A stretch of DNA of 64,000 bases from a candidate division WOR-3 bacterium. GTDB lineage: Bacteria > Hydrothermota > Hydrothermia > JBDRYB01. The notes beneath the pieces are model-generated. The model did no database searches, was not told where the DNA came from, and worked only from the letters and a program-made list of their open reading frames with translations. The translations under genes were made by a program, and so were the position numbers. How positions within the stretch are numbered: position 1 is the first letter of the stretch; each line of letters opens with the position of its first letter. The DNA lies in the NCBI GenBank assembly GCA_039803205.1, contig JBDRYB010000001.1, positions 75,315 to 139,314 on the forward strand, read 5' to 3'. Positions 58,719 through 64,000 of this stretch are shown here, one piece after another.

Positions 58719-59894
58719 ATGAAAGAGCCAAAAGGACTATCCAGCAAAGCGGTTCACTCGGGAACAGGTCCACGGGATGCCCATCCCGTGACAACCCCAA
58801 TATTCCAATCAAGCACCTTCTACGCAAACCCTGAGGTCTACAGCCTAATCCAATCAGGCAAGGCCAGAGAGACAACATTCTACACGAGATACGGGAATCC
58901 AACCAGAAGGGCGGTTGAGGAGAAGATAGCCGCTCTTGAGGGAGCGGAGGATGCTATTGCTTTCTCCTCAGGGCTTGCGGCCGCGACATCCGTGATAATG
59001 GGCCACCTGAAACCCGGCGACTCCATGATAACCACCCTTGACATATACGGCGGAACAGCAGGGCTTTTTAGGAACCGGGTGGAGAGGATGGGCATAGAGG
59101 TGATCTATGCGGACATGACGAGGCCGGACCTGGTTGAGAAGGCCATAAAGCCGAGCACAAAGCTGATGTTCTTCGAGAGCATATCAAACCCTCTTCTGAA
59201 GATCCTGGATATCCCAACATTCGCTGACATCGCGAGGCGCCACAACATGCTACTCGTTGTCGACAACACCTTTGCGACCCCCATAAATCAGAGGCCTCTG
59301 GAGCTAGGAGCGAGCATCTCCCTCGCATCAGCCAGCAAATACCTAAATGGTCATTCTGACCTCATAGCCGGGGTCGCGGCCGGGCCAAAGTCCCTTCTCG
59401 ATCCTGTCTGGGCCGCGATGAGGGACCTCGGGGGGTCAATGGAGGCGTTTTCCGCTTTCCTCCTTGAGAGGGGCCTGAAGACGCTGGCTGTCCGGGTAAA
59501 GGCACACAACGAAAACGCTCTCGCTGTGGCTCGGTTCCTTGAGGATCACCCAAGGGTGAAGCGCGTGTTTTACCCCGGCCTTCCCTCCCATCCCCAGCAC
59601 GAGCTCGCGAAGAGGATGCTTTCAGGCTTTGGCGGAATGCTCTCTTTTGTTGTTGAGGGAGGGGACGAGGCGGCCTTGAAGCTCATGTCCTCGTTCAGGT
59701 TAATAGCCGAGGCAACGAGCCTCGGAGGCGTTGAATCCCTAGTCTCAACCCCTGCTACCACGACCCACGCGGGCTACACCCCAGAAGAAAGGCTTTCTAT
59801 GGGCATAGAGCCAGGGTTCCTGAGGCTCTCTGTTGGCATAGAGGACCCCGAGGACATCATAGAGGACCTTGACCAGGCATTGGCGAATCTGTGA
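58719..59894 (+). CDS. PLP-dependent Cys/Met metabolism enzyme (methionine gamma-lyase/cystathionine gamma-synthase family)
   Basis: YTRYGNPT, FSSGLAA, VVDNTFATP, SASKYLNGHSD, SLGGVESL, RLSVGIED. Confidence 0.95.
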   Translation: MKEPKGLSSKAVHSGTGPRDAHPVTTPIFQSSTFYANPEVYSLIQSGKARETTFYTRYGNPTRRAVEEKIAALEGAEDAIAFSSGLAAATSVIMGHLKPGDSMITTLDIYGGTAGLFRNRVERMGIEVIYADMTRPDLVEKAIKPSTKLMFFESISNPLLKILDIPTFADIARRHNMLLVVDNTFATPINQRPLELGASISLASASKYLNGHSDLIAGVAAGPKSLLDPVWAAMRDLGGSMEAFSAFLLERGLKTLAVRVKAHNENALAVARFLEDHPRVKRVFYPGLPSHPQHELAKRMLSGFGGMLSFVVEGGDEAALKLMSSFRLIAEATSLGGVESLVSTPATTTHAGYTPEERLSMGIEPGFLRLSVGIEDPEDIIEDLDQALANL

Positions 59895-59931
59895 GATCTT
59901 GGGATTTTTTGACCCGCGAGGGAGTGAATAA

Positions 59932-60609
59932 GTGAGGAAATTGTGCTTTCTCGTTCTCGTGGCCCTGACCTCGTGCGAGAGGCCATGGAAGGAGATGAAC
60001 GAGTTGGAGCTCACTAGGGCGGTTCTCTCGGACCCCGAAAACGATACGGCCCATTACTATCTCGGCCTATTGCTTTACAAGAACGAAAGGCTCTCTGAGG
60101 CGGAGCCTCACCTCCGGGAGGCAATAAGGTTGAATCCGGGGAATCCCGATGCGCGTTGGGCCTTGGGGAGACTGCTCATGGACAAGGGGCTTTATCCTGA
60201 GGCGGAAAAGGAGCTCGTGCAGGCAATAGCCCTTAATCCGGATCACTCCGACGCGCACTGCGACCTCGGAACCGTAATGAGTTTTATGGGGAGAGATTCG
60301 GAGGCCGCATCCGAATGGCGAGAAGCCGTGAGGGCAGATCCCAACAACTACCTCGCGCACTACAACCTCGGGGTTTGGTTATATAAGCGAGGCAGAAGGG
60401 AGGAGGCGAAAGAGGAGTTTCACAAGACAACGCAGATAAACCCTGGCTACGCGAAGGCCCACGGAAACCTCGGTATCATCTACAAGGAGGAAGGGAATTA
60501 CGATAAGGCAAAGGAAGAGCTCAAGATAGCGGCTCAGCTATTTGAGGAACAGGGAAAACCTCAGGACGCGGCGAGGGCCGAGGAGATATTGAAGAGGCTA
60601 GAGAAGTAA
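59932..60609 (+). CDS. TPR-repeat lipoprotein
   Basis: Lipobox LTSC; about five TPRs (AHYNLG..., AHGNLG...). Confidence 0.9.
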   Translation: MRKLCFLVLVALTSCERPWKEMNELELTRAVLSDPENDTAHYYLGLLLYKNERLSEAEPHLREAIRLNPGNPDARWALGRLLMDKGLYPEAEKELVQAIALNPDHSDAHCDLGTVMSFMGRDSEAASEWREAVRADPNNYLAHYNLGVWLYKRGRREEAKEEFHKTTQINPGYAKAHGNLGIIYKEEGNYDKAKEELKIAAQLFEEQGKPQDAARAEEILKRLEK

Positions 60610-60663
60610 GCGCCAACCATTACGCACCAGTTTCTTAGAGGCCTTGGGCCAGCTGAGACAATC

Positions 60664-61408
60664 TTAACGGACGAAAAGGTTGCCCCTCTGGGTTCCGATG
60701 GTATAGAAATACACCCCTGGCCTCAAAGCGAAACAGGAAATAAGCAATTCTCGTAATAACCGCTCTTATCCGTCTTGATGACCACCAAATCCTGGTTTTG
60801 GGCGGAAAAGCTCGTTGTATGCCCAGCGAAAACGAACCCATCGGAGGCCTCCGCGCTTGCCCTTGCCCAATCGTATGCCTCTCCACCGAAGCAACTGCTC
60901 CAGAGTATCTCGCCGTTCTGATCCAAACCAAGAGTATGTCGGAATTTCCTGCGCCAGCGCTCTGTGTATATCCTGCTATCAGAATACCTCCGGAATGATC
61001 AATTACTTTAGTAAACCCATCATTGTATAAGCCGCCTATCACCCTAATCCAGACCAAATTCCCACTGGGATCGGCTCTGAAAACGACTGCATCGTATCCA
61101 CCCATCCCAAAGCTCAGGGATTCACCGACCACTATTACATGCCCTCCTGGAACGAGGGCCAAATCATAAGCCAGATCGTCTCCTGAGCCACCGTAAACCT
61201 TAGCCCACAACAGATCCCCATCGGTTGATATGCTAGCCAAGAAGAAATCGCCTCCGCCAGCACCAAAGCTGGATGTGTATCCGGCTATCAGATACCCCCC
61301 GTCCGCTTTCTGAACAATTGCTCTAGCGTAATCATACCTTTCGGCCTCGTATCTCTTGGCCCATGTCCCCTGAGCTATAAGTAGAGATATGCTTAAAATC
61401 TCATACAT
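60664..61408 (-). pseudogene. Disrupted beta-propeller paralog in three reading frames
   Basis: Repeats in the first frame to about 60927, continuation LDQNGEILW...GYYENC in 60723-60926, and tail LRPGVYFYTIGTQRGNLFVR* in a third frame (60664-60726). Confidence 0.8.
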
Positions 61409-62393
61409 ATCCCAGGTGTTCGTAAGCCAAGGGGGTCGCGACGCGGCCCCTCGGTGTCCTTTGCAAAAGCCCCTCCCTTATGAGGAACGGCTCATAAACC
61501 TCCTCTATGGTTCCCGGGTCCTCGCCAATTGCCACGGATAGATTCTTGAGGCCAACAGGCCCCCCCCTGAACTTCTCTATGATTACCGTGAGTATTCTCT
61601 TGTCCATCTCATCAAGTCCGCGCGAGTCAACCTCCATAGCGGAGAGCGCGTATTTGGCTATCTCCAGATCTATGACACCAGCCCCCTTAACCTGCGCGAA
61701 ATCCCTTACCCTCTTCAATAGCCTGTTCGCGACCCGAGGGGTTCCCCTGCTCCTTCTCGCTATCTCACTGAGGCCCTCATCCAAGGCCTCTATGCCCAAA
61801 ATGGTGGCTGAGCGCCTCAGGACCTGCTCTATCTCCTCAGCCGGATAATAGTCAAGGCGAAAGCTTATCCCAAACCTCGCCCTCAACGGCTCGGAGAGGA
61901 GTCCCTGCCTGGTTGTCGCTCCTATGAGGGTGTAGGGCTCAAGGGAAAGCCCGATGCTCCTCGCGCCCGGCCCCTCGCCTATTATGATGTCAACCCGAAA
62001 ATCCTCCATGGCTGGGTAGAGGAACTCCTCGACCGGCTTCGGGAGCCTGTGTATCTCGTCAATGAAGAGAACATCCCGGGCCTTGAGGGATGTCAAGAGC
62101 CCCGCCATGTCTGCCTGGCGTTCTATGGCAGGGCCAGAGGAGGATCTCATCTCCGCTCCCTGTTCCCTCGCTATTATACCAGCCAGGGTTGTCTTACCGA
62201 GGCCTGGTGGGCCTGAAAGCAAGACATGATCTATGGGCTCTCCCCTTTGTTTTGCCGCGGTAAGAAAAACGGAGAGCAGTTCCTTGATCTTGGTCTGACC
62301 AATGAACTCAGCCAGGGACTGGGGCCTCAGCTTGGTATCAAGAATGACATCTTCCCTGTCCGCCTCAGGTGATGTTAGCCTGGTTCCCTTCAC
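61401..62393 (-). CDS. ruvB: Holliday junction branch migration helicase RuvB
   Basis: [44 protein letters not shown]. Confidence 0.98.
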   Translation of the reverse strand: MKGTRLTSPEADREDVILDTKLRPQSLAEFIGQTKIKELLSVFLTAAKQRGEPIDHVLLSGPPGLGKTTLAGIIAREQGAEMRSSSGPAIERQADMAGLLTSLKARDVLFIDEIHRLPKPVEEFLYPAMEDFRVDIIIGEGPGARSIGLSLEPYTLIGATTRQGLLSEPLRARFGISFRLDYYPAEEIEQVLRRSATILGIEALDEGLSEIARRSRGTPRVANRLLKRVRDFAQVKGAGVIDLEIAKYALSAMEVDSRGLDEMDKRILTVIIEKFRGGPVGLKNLSVAIGEDPGTIEEVYEPFLIREGLLQRTPRGRVATPLAYEHLGYV

Positions 62394-62941
62394 TCACCCC
62401 TCCTCAGAGCGTGCCTAACCATGTCCTCAACAGAGGCGCCTGGCCCCAACTCCTTTCTCGCCGATTGAGCGGCTGAACGCGCCTCGCTTTCCTTCATTCC
62501 GAGGCTCACTAGCGCGCCGACAACCTCGTCAACGCCTGGCTCGATCCGCTCAGGCAGTTTTCCCCTCAGGAAGAATATTATCCTATCAGCGAGCTTTGGG
62601 CCTATGCCCTTTATGGCTCTCAGGGCGCCAGAATCCCCGGACTCTATTATTGTCCTGAGCTCAGAAGGGGGAAACCCGGAAAGGATCTTCATGGCGCCTG
62701 ATGGGCCGAGGCCCTGAACCGAAAGAAGGCTTCTGAAAACCTCCCTTTCATCGGGGCTTGCAAAACCGAAGAGGGATATGCTGTCCTGGGAAAAATGGGT
62801 GTGGACGAAGAGCTCCACGACCTCACCCTTTGGCCTGACCATGTCCGGGGTAACCATTACGCTATACCCAACACCACCGGCCTCAACGATCAGGTTAACA
62901 CCATCAGCATCAACAACGCGTCCCTTTATGTAGCCGATCAT
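62390..62941 (-). CDS. ruvA: Holliday junction binding protein RuvA
   Basis: [38 protein letters not shown]. Confidence 0.96.
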   Translation of the reverse strand: MIGYIKGRVVDADGVNLIVEAGGVGYSVMVTPDMVRPKGEVVELFVHTHFSQDSISLFGFASPDEREVFRSLLSVQGLGPSGAMKILSGFPPSELRTIIESGDSGALRAIKGIGPKLADRIIFFLRGKLPERIEPGVDEVVGALVSLGMKESEARSAAQSARKELGPGASVEDMVRHALRRGE

Positions 62942-63633
62942 TCGCCTAACCCAACAGCCGCGAGAACCTCATCCCAACCCTTGCACCCTGAAAAACCAGG
63001 ATAACCGTTCATGTAACCCACCGCGCTCGCCATGGTCAAGGTCATCTCTTTTGACCAGGAGCTCTTCTTCTTGACCGCCATCTTGAGCTGTGCAACTGCC
63101 TTGCACTTGAGATCAGAAGGGCTATCCCAATCCGATCCGCCAGACCCAAAACCATCTATCTGCGCCAAGCAGAGCGCGTAGCCGAGCCTTGCCTCAGGGG
63201 TGTTCAGTTTGTTCGCGCCTATCTCAACCTCCCTAAGAGCATCAGATTCCAGTCGGAACAGGACCATGTAGAACCCGAGGTCAAATGTGTTTATGGGTTT
63301 TCCGCCCGTGGGCTTGACCTTATTCAACAAGGCATTGTAGAGCTCAGCGTCATCAAGGAATCCGTTCAGGTTCAGGTAATAGGCGGCCTGTAGCACAAAC
63401 ATGTGGGTTAGAAGGTTATCGGTCCCTTCAAGGACGCTCATTATGTCCTGTGCTGTGCATTTCAGCTCAGGCTCCCCGCTCCTGCCGAAGTATTTTCCGT
63501 AGTAAAGGTCGTGGAGCATCTCCTGAGTCCACGGCCCTATTTGAACCGGAGAAGGCGTGTAAAAATCCGTTGATGTGAGGAAGCTGTCGGCCATAAGTGG
63601 CACCCCAAAGATCAAAGCGATTAACCGTCTCAT
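62938..63633 (-). CDS. Hypothetical exported protein
   Basis: ORF coupled to ruvA by an ATGA overlap; MRRLIALIFG leader; TATACT 9 nt upstream. Confidence 0.7.
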   Translation of the reverse strand: MRRLIALIFGVPLMADSFLTSTDFYTPSPVQIGPWTQEMLHDLYYGKYFGRSGEPELKCTAQDIMSVLEGTDNLLTHMFVLQAAYYLNLNGFLDDAELYNALLNKVKPTGGKPINTFDLGFYMVLFRLESDALREVEIGANKLNTPEARLGYALCLAQIDGFGSGGSDWDSPSDLKCKAVAQLKMAVKKKSSWSKEMTLTMASAVGYMNGYPGFSGCKGWDEVLAAVGLGE

Positions 63634-63707
63634 AGTTTGATAAGTATAAAGCTCTGGCAAATGCAATTTGAATTGGTGTATCCCCATAGATTATACTTTC
63701 ACTCAGT

Positions 63708-63782
63708 CGGGGCGTAGCGCAGATTGGTTAGCGCACTAGCATGGGGGGCTAGGGGTCGGTGGTTCGAATCCACTCGCCCCGA
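63708..63782 (+). tRNA. tRNA-Pro(GGG)
   Basis: CGGGGCG/CGCCCCG acceptor stem, CTAGC-ATGGGGG-GCTAG anticodon arm, TTCGAAT T-loop; CCA not encoded. Confidence 0.96.
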
Positions 63783-64000
63783 TGAGAAGCGAGTCAATAA
63801 CTCTAGGGCGCCGTGAGCTATTAGCGTCCACCTTTAGAGTTCGCCGAGCAGATCTGAGCGAGGCGAACCGGAACGAATCCACTCGCCCCGATGAGAAGCG
63901 AGTCAATAACTCTAGGGCGCCGTGAGCTATTAGCGTCCACCTTTAGAGTTCGCCGAGCAGATCTGAGCGAGGCGAACCGGAACGAATCCACTCGCCCCGA
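63765..64000 (+). repeat. Identical 109-bp tandem repeat beginning with the last 18 nt of tRNA-Pro; runs off the window
   Basis: CGAATCCACTCGCCCCGA at 63765, 63874 and 63983; the two intervening 91-bp segments are identical. Confidence 0.97.

Noticed and set aside
60915..60940. Programmed frameshift or phase-variable tract in the propeller pseudogene
   Set aside because: No slippery heptamer or homopolymer at the shift, and a second lesion downstream indicates decay.
63765..64000. CRISPR array
   Set aside because: The segments between the 18-nt repeats are identical rather than unique spacers, the repeat is the tRNA 3' end, and no cas genes are in the window.

Overview
Bacterial chromosomal window, about 55% GC by eye and densely coding, from a diderm organism. 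T9SS-type C-terminal domains, PorV-like barrels, LptC, V-type ATPase and futalosine-pathway MqnD suggest an FCB-related, possibly thermophilic lineage such as candidate division WOR-3 (inference only). It holds about 55 CDS: housekeeping genes (gap, nth, thiL, pyrBC, ftsK, accD, deoC, fabD, sdhACDB, V-ATPase B, mnmA, mqnD, tgt, menG, natAB, phoBR-like, hisS, ruvAB), many secreted or outer-membrane proteins, and three tRNAs (Ala-GGC, Lys-CTT, Pro-GGG). I found no CRISPR array, rRNA or intact mobile element. Most notable: (1) a four-member family of secreted beta-propeller genes, one with seven DNA-homogenised 156-bp repeats whose variation sits at a few aromatic-rich codons, plus a one-repeat collapsed copy and a pseudogene; (2) ultra-short, uncharged N-terminal signal peptides on many exported proteins; (3) T9SS-like cargo with PorV/barrel-TPR fusions; (4) widespread leaderless-type starts (TAnnnT 6-9 nt before the start codon) together with broken-up operons; (5) a 109-bp tandem repeat that regenerates the tRNA-Pro 3' end; (6) relics missed by the ORF track: an integrase fragment beside tRNA-Ala, an orphan T9SS tail and a GTAG-type REP. 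All functional calls come from motif recognition by eye; no database searches were run.
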